DNA of 64,000 nucleotides from Gammaproteobacteria bacterium (GCA_965237805.1 OZ250153.1:608001-672000), one strand, 5' to 3'. Counted from the stretch's first letter, positions 10,998 to 20,739 are shown. Made by a program: numbers and translations. The notes: a model not told the origin generated them from the sequence alone.

Positions 10998-11490
10998 CCC
11001 GCTGATCCACAGTCTCGCCGTCCAACTGGGACACGCATTGCAGGCAGTCGACTGGCGGGTGGCGACAGCGGAATCCTGCACTGCTGGCGGCATCGCCGAG
11101 GCCATTACCGCCGTACCCGGCAGCTCGGCTTGGTTCGTCGGCGGCATCATCGCCTACCAGAACCGCATCAAACAGGATCTGCTCGGTGTTGAGAACGAGC
11201 TGCTCAGCAAACACGGTGCTGTCAGCGAGCAGACAGCGCGCAAAATGGCCCACGGAGTGCTGATGCGTGTGCGCGCCGAGCTCAGCGTCGCCGCCACCGG
11301 TATCGCTGGCCCGGAGGGCGGCTCACCGGGCAAAGCTGTAGGCACCGTGTGGCTGGCATGGTCCTGCCACGGTGACGACACCATCGCCCAGCTATGCCAT
11401 TTCAAAGGCGACCGCCAACAGGTGCGCAAGCAGGCGATCGTGCAGGCACTGCGCGGGCTGCTGGCGATGGCCCGACGTGAAATGCGCTGA
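10984..11490 (+). CDS. pncC: NMN deamidase (CinA C-terminal domain)
   Basis: ATAESCTAG, VPGSSAWF, HGAVSE, TGIAGPEGG; usual position upstream of recA. Confidence 0.93.
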   Translation: MPSSDPLIHSLAVQLGHALQAVDWRVATAESCTAGGIAEAITAVPGSSAWFVGGIIAYQNRIKQDLLGVENELLSKHGAVSEQTARKMAHGVLMRVRAELSVAATGIAGPEGGSPGKAVGTVWLAWSCHGDDTIAQLCHFKGDRQQVRKQAIVQALRGLLAMARREMR

Positions 11491-11727
11491 TGATGGGCCT
11501 CGGGCGTGCCGCCAACAAAAGCCACTGAGCAAACCCTTATTTAGCACTCCTCACACCCCATCAATGCGCTAAAATGACAACGAATCGGCACGGTACACCG
11601 CGATGGTGCCCCGACGACGACGACGGCGTGAGGCGCGGACTGGCTGCCGCACTCTGGATGCGCCCGACAACAGCAAAACAGGCGGCCAGGGCAGCGGCGT
11701 GTGCCGCAATACCGCGAGGGCAGCAAA

Positions 11728-12783
11728 ATGGCTAGTGATGGAGATCGAAAAAAGGCGCTGGAAGCAGCGTTAAAACAACTTGAGCGCCAGTTTGGCAAGG
11801 GGGCCGCCATGCTCCTCGGTGAGCGCGAGTTGGAGGACATCCCCACCATCCCCACCGGCTCGCTGACGCTCGACGCCGCACTCGGCGTCGGCGGCCTGCC
11901 CAAGGGACGCATCGTCGAAATCTACGGCCCCGAATCCTCGGGCAAAACCACGCTGAGCCTACAGATCATCGCTCAGTGCCAACAGCAAGGGGGCAATGCC
12001 GCCTTTATCGATGCCGAACACGCGTTGGACCCGAGCTACGCCGAGAAAATCGGTGTACAGGTCGACGACTTGGTGGTCTCGCAGCCAGACTCGGGCGAGC
12101 AGGCTCTGGAAGTGACCGAGACCTTGGTACGCTCCCAGGCGGTGGATGTGCTAGTCATCGATTCGGTGGCGGCGCTGACACCGCGGGCCGAAATCGAAGG
12201 TGAGATGGGAGATGCCCATATCGGCTTGCAGGCGCGCCTGCTGAGCCAAGCCATGCGCAAGTTGACGAGCTCCATCAAGCAGGCCAATTGCTTGGTCATC
12301 TTCATCAACCAGATCCGCATGAAAATCGGCGTCATATACGGCAATCCGGAGACCACCACCGGCGGCAACGCCCTGAAGTTCTACGCCTCGGTGCGCTTGG
12401 ACATCCGTCGCATCGGCGCGATCAAAGAAGATGGCGAGATTATCGGCAACGAAACCCGTGTCAAAGTCGTCAAGAACAAGGTGGCACCGCCATTCCGCAA
12501 AGCCGAGTTTCAGATCCTGTTCGACCGCGGCATTAACCGCCTCGGCGAATTGGTAGACTTGGGCGTCAAATATGGCTGCATTGAGAAAGCGGGATCTTGG
12601 TACAGCTATAGTGGCGAGCGCATCGGCCAGGGTCGCACCGCAGCCGAGGCCTTCTTGGTCGAGCAGCCAGACACCGCCAAGGCCATTGAGGCCGTGATCC
12701 GCGAACAGATCCGGCCAACGAGCAGCAGGAAGAGCCGGGCTGCGACCACAGGCGACACAGCAACCCAAGCGGCCGGATCCTAA
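11728..12783 (+). CDS. recA: Recombinase A
   Basis: [44 protein letters not shown]. Confidence 0.99.
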   Translation: MASDGDRKKALEAALKQLERQFGKGAAMLLGERELEDIPTIPTGSLTLDAALGVGGLPKGRIVEIYGPESSGKTTLSLQIIAQCQQQGGNAAFIDAEHALDPSYAEKIGVQVDDLVVSQPDSGEQALEVTETLVRSQAVDVLVIDSVAALTPRAEIEGEMGDAHIGLQARLLSQAMRKLTSSIKQANCLVIFINQIRMKIGVIYGNPETTTGGNALKFYASVRLDIRRIGAIKEDGEIIGNETRVKVVKNKVAPPFRKAEFQILFDRGINRLGELVDLGVKYGCIEKAGSWYSYSGERIGQGRTAAEAFLVEQPDTAKAIEAVIREQIRPTSSRKSRAATTGDTATQAAGS

Positions 12784-12814
12784 AACGCGGCTAGAGCGCG
12801 GCGGCGCCAGGATC

Positions 12815-13324
12815 ATGACCGACCCCGCCCCTGACCATGACCCGTTGCCTGCACTGCGAGATTTTGCGCTGGACTGCCTCGCCCGGCGCGATTATTGCCG
12901 CATCGAGTTAGAGCGCCGCCTGCTGAACCGAGCCAAGGCAGCGCGGCACCGCCCCGCTATCACCGCATTGCTGGATGCACTGAGCCGTAGCGGCGCACTT
13001 GATGAGACACGCCACGCCGAGGCCTTTGTGCGCGCACGCTGCCGCCGAGGACACGGCTCGATGCGTATCCGCCAAGATCTCAGACAGCGCGGTGCCGACA
13101 CCGAAGTGATCGCAGCCGTGCTGGAGAACTACCGCGATCAGTGGCCAGCGCTGGCGGCGCGGGCGCGCCACAAACGCTTTGGTGAAGAGCTGCCAAACGA
13201 TGCGCACGAACGCGCCCGCCAAGCCCGCTTTTTACAACAACGGGGTTTTGACGGCGAGGCGGTGTGCCAAGCGCTGGCAGCTGCCGAGGGGAACGAGACC
13301 ACCGACCCAGCACCCTCCCACTAG
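12815..13324 (+). CDS. recX: Regulatory protein RecX
   Basis: LARRDY..EL, RGHGSMRIRQDLRQRG, RFLQQRGF; downstream of recA. Confidence 0.92.
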   Translation: MTDPAPDHDPLPALRDFALDCLARRDYCRIELERRLLNRAKAARHRPAITALLDALSRSGALDETRHAEAFVRARCRRGHGSMRIRQDLRQRGADTEVIAAVLENYRDQWPALAARARHKRFGEELPNDAHERARQARFLQQRGFDGEAVCQALAAAEGNETTDPAPSH

Positions 13325-13386
13325 CCGTGGGATGACGCAGCGCCTCGCCCCGCCTCCTCCGTCGCCAACGCTTGGCTGGCTGTAGC

Positions 13387-13887
13387 TCAGCTGTCGCCAG
13401 CCGAGACGGTCACAGCCTCCACACCATTGGCGTCAATGTCAATGACACGCCGTTTCAAGCGCTCCGGCACTGCGCGCACGAGCTGGATGCGAAGCAGCCC
13501 ATCGCGCAGCTCAGCACCGCTCACCTGCACATAGTCGGCGAGGCGGAACTTGCGCTCAAAACCGCGCTCAGCGATACCCCGGTGGAGATAACGCCGCTCG
13601 ATGGCGGCCTCCTGCTGTGCGCCATTGGCTACGGAACCGTCGGCCACGAGCGCGCCGCGGACGGTCAGCGTATTATCCTGCACGCTGATCTCAATGTCCT
13701 CGCGACGAAATCCCGCCACCGCCAGTGTGACGATATAGCGACCATCGCCCTCACCTGAGCCGACCAGCTCAATGTTGTAGGGCGGGTAGCCGCTGGACTT
13801 GTTGTCCAATGCCGTATCGAGCAGGCTCGCCAAGTGGTCGAAGCCTACCGTCGTGCGGAAAAGTGGGCTGAGTTGATGTGCGTTCAT
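13387..13887 (-). CDS. ibpA: Small heat shock protein (Hsp20, IbpA-like)
   Basis: LSPLFRTTVGFD, GYPPYNIE, LAVAGF, YLHRGIAERGFERKFRLA; start ATG 13887 with AAGGAG SD. Confidence 0.93.
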   Translation of the reverse strand: MNAHQLSPLFRTTVGFDHLASLLDTALDNKSSGYPPYNIELVGSGEGDGRYIVTLAVAGFRREDIEISVQDNTLTVRGALVADGSVANGAQQEAAIERRYLHRGIAERGFERKFRLADYVQVSGAELRDGLLRIQLVRAVPERLKRRVIDIDANGVEAVTVSAGDS

Positions 13888-13895
13888 AATGTGAT

Positions 13896-14002
13896 GACTC
13901 CTTGTTGTCAAGCGAGATCCCCGCCACAGTCCCCGTGCGGGGCGACTGCAACGGCTTGCTTTGCACTGCCGACACCTTCTGGGAAGCCCGTCGTCTGTGC
14001 AA
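13896..14002 (-). promoter_or_regulatory. ROSE-like RNA thermometer in the Hsp20 5' UTR
   Basis: 3' hairpin GAUCUCGCUUG-ACAA-CAAGGAGUC pairs U(C)GCU, with a bulged G, against the SD; upstream hairpin CCGUUGCAGUC..GACUGUGGCGG. Confidence 0.75.
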
Positions 14003-14008
14003 TAATAA

Positions 14009-14037
14009 ATATGGGGATGCAACATCGCTATTTCAAG
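14009..14037 (-). promoter_or_regulatory. Sigma32 (RpoH) promoter of Hsp20
   Basis: CTTGAAA-N14-CCCCATAT, a consensus match. Confidence 0.88.
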
Positions 14038-14125
14038 CCAAGGCCAAGCCAACAGTGGGCGGTACGGCGGCTGGGTTTGATATAGTGGAGCAGTGATTGG
14101 CGGATGGTATCCGCGGAAAATACAA

Positions 14126-14632
14126 ATGACAGAACGACTGATCGAGCTGGAGCGGCGCATCGCCATGCTTGAGGATATTGAGGCGATCAAACAGCTTAAA
14201 TACCGCTATCTACGCGCCTGCGATCACAAGGAGTCCGGCGTGTTGTGCGAGTGTTTTTTGGAAGGGTCAGTGACCATCGATTACGGTCGTGTCGGCCAGT
14301 TCACACGACGCGAAGAGTTGATGGCGGTGTTCGAGCGGCTCGCCTGCCACGACCACATCCTCGAACTGCACCACGCCCACAACCCGAGCATTGAGGTGAC
14401 CGGAGATTCCGCGCAGGGGGTGTGGAGCCTGTATTACTACCAAATCGACACCCAAAACCGTAGCGCGACCCAGCTCGGTGGGCAGTACAACGACGAGTAC
14501 CGCCGCACAGCGGATGGCTGGCGCATCAGCTGTAGCCGCTTCGCCTTGCATTCCACCCAAGCGCTGGACTATTCGCAGGCAGCCGCGCAGATCGCTTTTG
14601 CTGGCCGCGAGATGACGGACAGCGTGGCCTAG
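14126..14632 (+). CDS. SnoaL/NTF2-like protein (BaiE/LinA dehydratase-like)
   Basis: LEDIEAIKQLKYRYLRACD..HHAHNPSIEV..A.G.W..Y.DEYRR..DGWRI. Confidence 0.85.
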   Translation: MTERLIELERRIAMLEDIEAIKQLKYRYLRACDHKESGVLCECFLEGSVTIDYGRVGQFTRREELMAVFERLACHDHILELHHAHNPSIEVTGDSAQGVWSLYYYQIDTQNRSATQLGGQYNDEYRRTADGWRISCSRFALHSTQALDYSQAAAQIAFAGREMTDSVA

Positions 14633-14718
14633 CGAAGCTGTGGCAGCCAGTCTAAAATAGTTTCCCGACCGACCAATGGCGGAACTTGTCGCGCAACCGG
14701 AACAGAGTGGTAGCAAAT

Positions 14719-15489
14719 ATGACAATAAGAGATTTTCCCACAGGCACCGCCTTGGTCATCGGCGGAAGCGGTGGTGTCGGCGCGGCCGTGTGTCGCGAGC
14801 TGGCCGCTGCCGGTTGCGACATCGCCCTCAGCTACCACAGCAATCAAAAACGTGCCGAAGAAGTGGTGCAGGAAGTGCGAGCACTCGGACGCAAAGCCAG
14901 TCATCACCAACTCTCCATCGGCGATGCCGCGCAGACCAAAGCGATCATCGACCAAGTCGCCGCCGATCAACGCCTGCATACCGTGGTCATCGCTGCCGGC
15001 TCCGACATCGAACAGCAGTTGATCCGCGACTTGACCCCAGAGCAGTGGCGCAAGGTGGTCGAGGCCGACCTCAACGGCTTCTTTCACATCGTCCAAGCCT
15101 CGCTACAGCACCTGCAAGCTGGCGGCGGCGGCTCCTATGTACACATCAGCTCCGCCGGCCTGCACCGCTGGCCGGAACGCGATGTGTTGTCGGTGGCACC
15201 AAAAGCCGCGATCGAGTCCTTGGTGCAGGGCATCGCCAAGGAAGAAGGCCGTCACAATATCCGCGCCAACAGCGTGGCACTGGGGGTCATTGAGACAGGT
15301 ATTTTCCTGCGGCTGTTGGCCGACGGGGTTTTCGATGAGAAATGGGAAGCCGCCGTCAAGGCTGGCCTATGCCTGAAACGCTGGGGCCAGGCCGAGGAAG
15401 TGGCTCATGCCGTCGCCTACTTGGCCTCTGATCAAGCCGCCTATGTCACCGGCCAGCTACTGTCGGTAGACGGTGGCTACGGCGTTTGA
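14719..15489 (+). CDS. SDR family oxidoreductase (atypical catalytic motif)
   Basis: GGSGGVG Rossmann motif, IRANSVALG, YVTGQLLSVDGG; SVAPK in place of YxxxK. Confidence 0.88.
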   Translation: MTIRDFPTGTALVIGGSGGVGAAVCRELAAAGCDIALSYHSNQKRAEEVVQEVRALGRKASHHQLSIGDAAQTKAIIDQVAADQRLHTVVIAAGSDIEQQLIRDLTPEQWRKVVEADLNGFFHIVQASLQHLQAGGGGSYVHISSAGLHRWPERDVLSVAPKAAIESLVQGIAKEEGRHNIRANSVALGVIETGIFLRLLADGVFDEKWEAAVKAGLCLKRWGQAEEVAHAVAYLASDQAAYVTGQLLSVDGGYGV

Positions 15490-15500
15490 GGCGATACGCA

Positions 15501-15965
15501 ATGACGATATTCGCAAATCCAGACGCGCTGTTGGCTACCGCTGAGCAACTGCCGATGGCGCTGGGCACCAGCGACTGGCTTGAGGTAACCCAAGAACGCA
15601 TCGATCAATTCGCCAATGCCACTGGCGACCACCAATGGATCCATGTCGACCCGGAACGCGCCCGCGAGGGGCCGTTCGGCGCGTGCATTGCACACGGCTT
15701 CCTCACACTGGCACTGACCAGCTCGTTCCTGCCCCAACTATGCGATGTGCGAGAGTTCGGCATGGGTATCAACTACGGCAGTGATCGGGTGCGCTATCCG
15801 ACACCAGTGCCCGTTGGCTCGCAAATCCGTGGGCACGGCAAACTGATCTCGGCCCAACCGGTGGGCAATGGCGGTGTCCAGATCATCGTCCGTGTGTCCA
15901 TCGAACTCGGCGGACACGAGCGCCCAGCCTGCGTCGCCGACATCGTCAGCCGCTACCTGCCCTGA
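15501..15965 (+). CDS. MaoC family (R)-specific enoyl-CoA hydratase/dehydratase
   Basis: FANATGDHQWIHVDPERA..GPFG..IAHGFLTL, NYGSDRVRYP. Confidence 0.92.
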   Translation: MTIFANPDALLATAEQLPMALGTSDWLEVTQERIDQFANATGDHQWIHVDPERAREGPFGACIAHGFLTLALTSSFLPQLCDVREFGMGINYGSDRVRYPTPVPVGSQIRGHGKLISAQPVGNGGVQIIVRVSIELGGHERPACVADIVSRYLP

Positions 15966-16036
15966 ATGCCGATTCTGCGGGACGGCATCGACCACACACC
16001 ACAATCCAGAACATCGCAAAGGCACAGGTAGCATTC

Positions 16037-17230
16037 ATGCTGAACTATCGCATCATCGACTGCGACAACCACTACTACGAGCCAGACGACTGCTTCACGC
16101 GCCATATTGAGGCGCAGCACCGCTGCCAAACCGTATGGGTCAAGCGCGAGCACGAGGACGGGCACGGCATCATGATGCTCGGTGACGAACGCCTCAGTTT
16201 CTTCAGCGTCGGCGTCGGTGACTACATTGGCCCGCCGGGAGCCATGCGCGAGTTCTTCAAAGGCAACACCGATGAAGGCGGGCAGGTCAATCTCAATCCG
16301 ATCCAGCTCGAGGACTATCCGGCCTTCACCAACCGCGCCGCCCGCGAGCGCCTACTCGACGAGCAACAGGTCGAAGCCGCGGTGATGCTGCCGACCCTCG
16401 GTGTCGGGGTCGAATGGCAGCTGCGCCGACACCCCGATGTGCTCTATCCCAGCCTCAGGGCGTTCAACCGCTGGCAGCGGGAGGAATGGGGCTGGGGCAA
16501 CGAAGGGAGGCGCATCTTTTGCACTGGCCTCATCTCGCTGATGGATGTGGATCAAGCCATCGCAGAATTGGAACGACTACTCGCCGAGGGGCTCCGGCTG
16601 GTCTATATCACCACTGGCCCGGTGGCGGGCAAAACGCCAGCCGACAGCCACTTCGACCCGTTCTGGGCGCGAGTACAGGAAGCTGGTGTGCCGGTGGTCT
16701 TCCACATCGGCGAGGGCGGTTTCAATCAGATGTACGCCAGCCAGTGGGGTGAGGAGGCGACGCCAGCATCGCACCGCTTCAGTGCCTTCAACAGCTACAT
16801 CGGCATCGGCGAACGCCCGATCACGGACACCGTGGCTTCGCTGATCTTCTGCAATCTGTTCGGGCGCTTCCCGGGTTTGCGTTTCATGATCGTCGAGTAC
16901 GGCTCCGCTTGGGTCGAACACTTCCTAGGCGTCTTGGACAAGACCTATCGGCTCGGCCATGTGCAGAGCCGATGGCGCTTCGGCAAGCCCGACAAGCCCA
17001 GCGAGATCTTCCGCCGCCATTTCAGCGTCGTGCCTTTCCACGAAGACGACATCCCCGCGCTGGCCAGCTGCGTCGGCCATGAGAGCCTGATCAACGGCTC
17101 GGACTTCCCTCACCCAGAGGGCTTGGAATGGCCGATGGAGATGGCCGAATCGATGACTGGCATGGACGCTGGCACCGTACGTGACATCATGCGCAACAAT
17201 GCCTGCGGGCTACTCGGTATCAGCCCTTGA
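16037..17230 (+). CDS. Amidohydrolase_2 family metal-dependent hydrolase
   Basis: IIDCDNHYYE, FDPFWARVQE..PVVFH, VEYGSAW, GSDFPHPEG. Confidence 0.88.
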   Translation: MLNYRIIDCDNHYYEPDDCFTRHIEAQHRCQTVWVKREHEDGHGIMMLGDERLSFFSVGVGDYIGPPGAMREFFKGNTDEGGQVNLNPIQLEDYPAFTNRAARERLLDEQQVEAAVMLPTLGVGVEWQLRRHPDVLYPSLRAFNRWQREEWGWGNEGRRIFCTGLISLMDVDQAIAELERLLAEGLRLVYITTGPVAGKTPADSHFDPFWARVQEAGVPVVFHIGEGGFNQMYASQWGEEATPASHRFSAFNSYIGIGERPITDTVASLIFCNLFGRFPGLRFMIVEYGSAWVEHFLGVLDKTYRLGHVQSRWRFGKPDKPSEIFRRHFSVVPFHEDDIPALASCVGHESLINGSDFPHPEGLEWPMEMAESMTGMDAGTVRDIMRNNACGLLGISP

Positions 17231-17952
17231 GCCAAAACGCCGCCGCGCCGCTACGGCCTGCCGCCACCTTGATACCGGTGCGCGATGGCGCAGCCGGGCT
17301 CGAGATACTGATGTTGCAACGCAGCAAGCGTGTGGGCTTCATCAGCAGCAATTGGGTGTTCCCCGGTGGCGGCGTCGAGGCAGTCGATTGCAAAGGCGGT
17401 GCGGCAGCCGACAGCGAAGTGGCTGGCCGAGACTGCGCCATACGCGAGACCCGCGAGGAGGCCAGCTTGGAATTTGCCGCCGACCGCCTATTGCCAATCG
17501 CACACTGGGTCGCCCCGGTGGAGAGCCCGCGCCGCTACGCCACGTGGTTTTTCCTCGGCAGCTCGGATCAAGACGGCACTGAGGTACGCGTCGATGGGAG
17601 CGAGATCAGTCAACACCGCTGGCTCAGCCCGCAGACAGCGCTACAAGCACTCGAAGATGGCGGGATGAAGTTCCTGCCGCCGACCTATGTCACCTTGCTA
17701 TGGTTGTGCAATTTTGACTCTGTTACCGCCGCGTTGGAGCTATTCGGCAAGTGCCCGATAGTGCGCTTCACACCGCGAATCGCCATCAGCGACGATATCA
17801 TCTACAGTCTCTATGCTGAAGATGCTGGCTACTCCGAAGCCGACCCCCAGTGCCCCGGTCCGCGCCATCGGGTAGCGGCGCGACACGGCGGTGGCCAATG
17901 GCGCTACGAGATCGATTTCCCCGGAGATGATGCGTTGCGACGCGACGGCTAA
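17227..17952 (+). CDS. NUDIX hydrolase (NUDT19-like, putative acyl-CoA diphosphatase)
   Basis: PAATLI.VRD, VFPGGGVE..AIRETREEA, HWVAP...RRYATWFF, PPT; TTG start overlaps upstream stop. Confidence 0.82.
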   Translation: MSQNAAAPLRPAATLIPVRDGAAGLEILMLQRSKRVGFISSNWVFPGGGVEAVDCKGGAAADSEVAGRDCAIRETREEASLEFAADRLLPIAHWVAPVESPRRYATWFFLGSSDQDGTEVRVDGSEISQHRWLSPQTALQALEDGGMKFLPPTYVTLLWLCNFDSVTAALELFGKCPIVRFTPRIAISDDIIYSLYAEDAGYSEADPQCPGPRHRVAARHGGGQWRYEIDFPGDDALRRDG

Positions 17953-17995
17953 AGCTCCCCCATACAACACCACCACACCACTGGACAATCCTGCC

Positions 17996-19087
17996 GTGCT
18001 TTCACCAACAGACGACTATCCCTTACACCAGATCTCCGATGTCATACGGCATGTCGGTACATCTGACCGCAATTTCTACGACCGCTACTACTTCAACCTG
18101 CACGGCTCCAGCGACGAGCTGTTCATGGTGATGGGCTTGGGACAATATCCCAACCTAGGAGTGCAGGATGCCTTTGCCGTCGTGCGTCGCAACAACGGCC
18201 ACCACGTGGTGCGCGCCTCGCGCGAACTGGGCAACGACCGCTCCGACACCCGCGTCGGGCCGCTGCGCGTCGAGGTACAGGAAGGCTTGAAGCGCGTGCG
18301 CTTCGTAGTCGAGGATGACGCCACATTCCCGCTGGCCTTCGATGTGGTCTGGAATGCTGCCATACCTGCCTATTTGGAGCCGCGCCAGCTGGTGCGCCGC
18401 CATGGTCGCGCCATGTTTGACAGCACTCGCTTCGCCCAAACTGGCTGCTGGAGTGGCCATCTGCGTATTGGCGATGAACACTTTGAAGTGACACCGGATC
18501 GCTGGAAAGGCTGTCGTGACCGCTCGTGGGGGGTGCGCCCGATCGGCGAGGCCGAACCCGCTGGCATCCACAGCGGTAGCGCGGGCTCCATGCACGGCAT
18601 GTGGAACTATTGCCCAATGCAGTTTGACGACTACTCCATCCTCTATATCTGCAATGAACACGATGACGGCTCGCGGGAGTTGGAGGAGGCGGTGCGCATC
18701 TGGGCAGACCCTGAGCGGGCACCCGAATTGCTCGGCCGCCCTGAGCACAAGCACCGCTTCACCGCCGACAAGCGCTTGATCGAGGAAGGGTTGCTATTGT
18801 TCCCCGAAGCGCCGGGCGGTGCACTGGAGATTCGCGCCGAGCTGCTCGAAGAACTCTATGTCGCGGTCGGCACCGGCTACGGCTTGGAGACGGATTGGCG
18901 CCACGGCATGTATCAAGGCAAAGAAGAAGTGGTGCAACACTTCAGCTTGGACATGGAAAAAGACCGCGACCAAATGTTTGGATTGATCGACTGCGCAGCG
19001 CGCTTCACCACCGACAGCGGCGATGTCGGCTATGGGCTGTTCGAATATATGTTCCTCGGCCCCTTCGCACGCTATGGACTCAAATAA
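17996..19087 (+). CDS. Conserved hypothetical protein (beta-rich, possibly tocopherol-cyclase/AttH-like fold)
   Basis: Long ORF with normal codon use: DDYPLHQ..SDRNFYDRYYF, RDRSWGVRP; start GTG 17996 chosen to avoid overlap. Confidence 0.7.
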   Translation: MLSPTDDYPLHQISDVIRHVGTSDRNFYDRYYFNLHGSSDELFMVMGLGQYPNLGVQDAFAVVRRNNGHHVVRASRELGNDRSDTRVGPLRVEVQEGLKRVRFVVEDDATFPLAFDVVWNAAIPAYLEPRQLVRRHGRAMFDSTRFAQTGCWSGHLRIGDEHFEVTPDRWKGCRDRSWGVRPIGEAEPAGIHSGSAGSMHGMWNYCPMQFDDYSILYICNEHDDGSRELEEAVRIWADPERAPELLGRPEHKHRFTADKRLIEEGLLLFPEAPGGALEIRAELLEELYVAVGTGYGLETDWRHGMYQGKEEVVQHFSLDMEKDRDQMFGLIDCAARFTTDSGDVGYGLFEYMFLGPFARYGLK

Positions 19088-19760
19088 CGGCAACGGGGTG
19101 CCAAGCCCTATTGAGGCGGTGCTGTTCGACTTCGGCGGTGTCTTCACAATGTCGCCATTCTCGGCACTGGAGCGCTACGCACAGAGCGTTCAGTTGGATC
19201 CGTTGCAGGTCAGCAGCGTGATGTTCGGCGACTACTACCGCGATACCGATCACCCGTGGCACCGCCTCGAGCGCGGTGAAATCACGATGGAGAGGGCGCG
19301 GGAAGAAATCCTTGAGCTGGGACGCACACAGAATCTGGCACACGATCTGGATCTCTACGAGGCCTTCGGCTCCTTTCCATCCGATGGCGGCCTGCGCCAT
19401 GAATTTGTCGAATGTGCGAGCAAACTGGCCGCTGCTGGCTATCAACTCGCCATCGTCACCAACAATGTCGCCGAATTCCGCGACGGCTGGCACGGCTTGT
19501 TGCCCTATGCGGTGGACGATGTATTCAAAGCTGTCATCGACTCCTCTGCCGAGGGCGTGCGCAAGCCGAATCCTGCAATCTATCACCTTGCCTTGGAGCG
19601 ACTCGGCGGCATCACACCGGAGCGGAGCGTATTCCTCGACGACTTCGACGGCAACACCCAAGCAGCCGCAGCTCTCGGCCTGCACACCGTGCTGGTCGGC
19701 GAAGACGGCAGCGCCGCGCTAACAGAGCTCGATGCCGTGCTGGCGGGAGATGTTCAGTGA
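19074..19760 (+). CDS. HAD-superfamily hydrolase (ACAD10/soluble epoxide hydrolase N-terminal-like)
   Basis: AVLFDFGGV motif I, VTNN, RKPNPAIY, FLDD. Confidence 0.88.
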   Translation: MDSNNGNGVPSPIEAVLFDFGGVFTMSPFSALERYAQSVQLDPLQVSSVMFGDYYRDTDHPWHRLERGEITMERAREEILELGRTQNLAHDLDLYEAFGSFPSDGGLRHEFVECASKLAAAGYQLAIVTNNVAEFRDGWHGLLPYAVDDVFKAVIDSSAEGVRKPNPAIYHLALERLGGITPERSVFLDDFDGNTQAAAALGLHTVLVGEDGSAALTELDAVLAGDVQ

Positions 19761-19800
19761 GCGCGACCGCACAGCTGGCTGGCAACACCCCCACCCCCCA

Positions 19801-20694
19801 GTGACCCCGCCAGTGACCGATACCGCCCTGCGCCTGCGTCGCTCGGCGCTGTTCGTCCCCGGCGACAATCCCCGTGCCATGGCGCGAGCCAGATCGTTGC
19901 CAGCCGATGTGTTGATCTACGACTTGGAAGACGCGGTGGCACCGGAGTCCAAAGAAGTCGCGCGCCTCGCCGTAGCTCAGCAGCTGGCCGATTGCGGGAG
20001 CAGCTCACAGCCACGAGCGGAACAAGTGGTGCGTATCAATGGCGATGATACGCCATGGTGGCGCGAGGATTTGGCTCTCGCCAGCACCGCCGACGGCCTG
20101 CTGCTGCCAAAGGTGGAAAGCACCACCGTCCTGCGGCGCGCTGCCGCCGAGCTGAGCGGCTCAGATGCTGCCGACACAGCACTGTGGGCCATGCTGGAAA
20201 CGCCATGCGGCATCTTGGCCGCCGAGGAAATCGCGGCGGGCGGTGCGGCGGTGCTAGTCTTCGGCAGTTCAGATTTGGGGCGTGCCCTGCACGTTCCCAC
20301 CGCACCCGGTCGCGCCGGACTGCAACTGGCACTGCAACTGTGTGTGCTGGCGGCTCGCGCCCACGGCATCGATGTGCTCGACGGCGTCCACCTCGGGCTG
20401 CGCGATGAAGCTGGCCTGCGGGATGCCTGCGCGCAGGGACGTGCGCTGGGCTTCGATGGCAAAACTCTGATCCACCCGGCACAGCTATCCGCCGCCAACG
20501 AGCTCTTCTCCCCGACCCCCGCCGAATGCGATGCAGCGCAGCACGTACTCGATAGCTGGCACGAAGCGCGGCGAGCTGGGCGCAGCGTCACCGTCTATGA
20601 TGGACAGTTAATCGAGGCCTTACATGCAGCCGAAGCGGAGCGACTGTTGGCGCTGGCGCACCGCGCCGCGATGCAAGCTCCAACAACGGCATAA
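19801..20694 (+). CDS. CitE/malyl-CoA lyase-like CoA-ester lyase
   Basis: RRSALFVPG, DLEDAVAP, VVRIN, LPKVES, AMLETP, GFDGKTLIHP; start uncertain. Confidence 0.9.
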   Translation: MTPPVTDTALRLRRSALFVPGDNPRAMARARSLPADVLIYDLEDAVAPESKEVARLAVAQQLADCGSSSQPRAEQVVRINGDDTPWWREDLALASTADGLLLPKVESTTVLRRAAAELSGSDAADTALWAMLETPCGILAAEEIAAGGAAVLVFGSSDLGRALHVPTAPGRAGLQLALQLCVLAARAHGIDVLDGVHLGLRDEAGLRDACAQGRALGFDGKTLIHPAQLSAANELFSPTPAECDAAQHVLDSWHEARRAGRSVTVYDGQLIEALHAAEAERLLALAHRAAMQAPTTA

Positions 20695-20739
20695 CAACGG
20701 CATCGCCAAAATGCCCCCACCCACAGCCACACCCAACTT

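Noticed and set aside
11541-11573. CIRCE element upstream of recA
   Set aside because: Only the left half TTAGCACTC is present; the right half is degenerate and not at the N9 spacing, and the heat-shock genes here use sigma32 motifs
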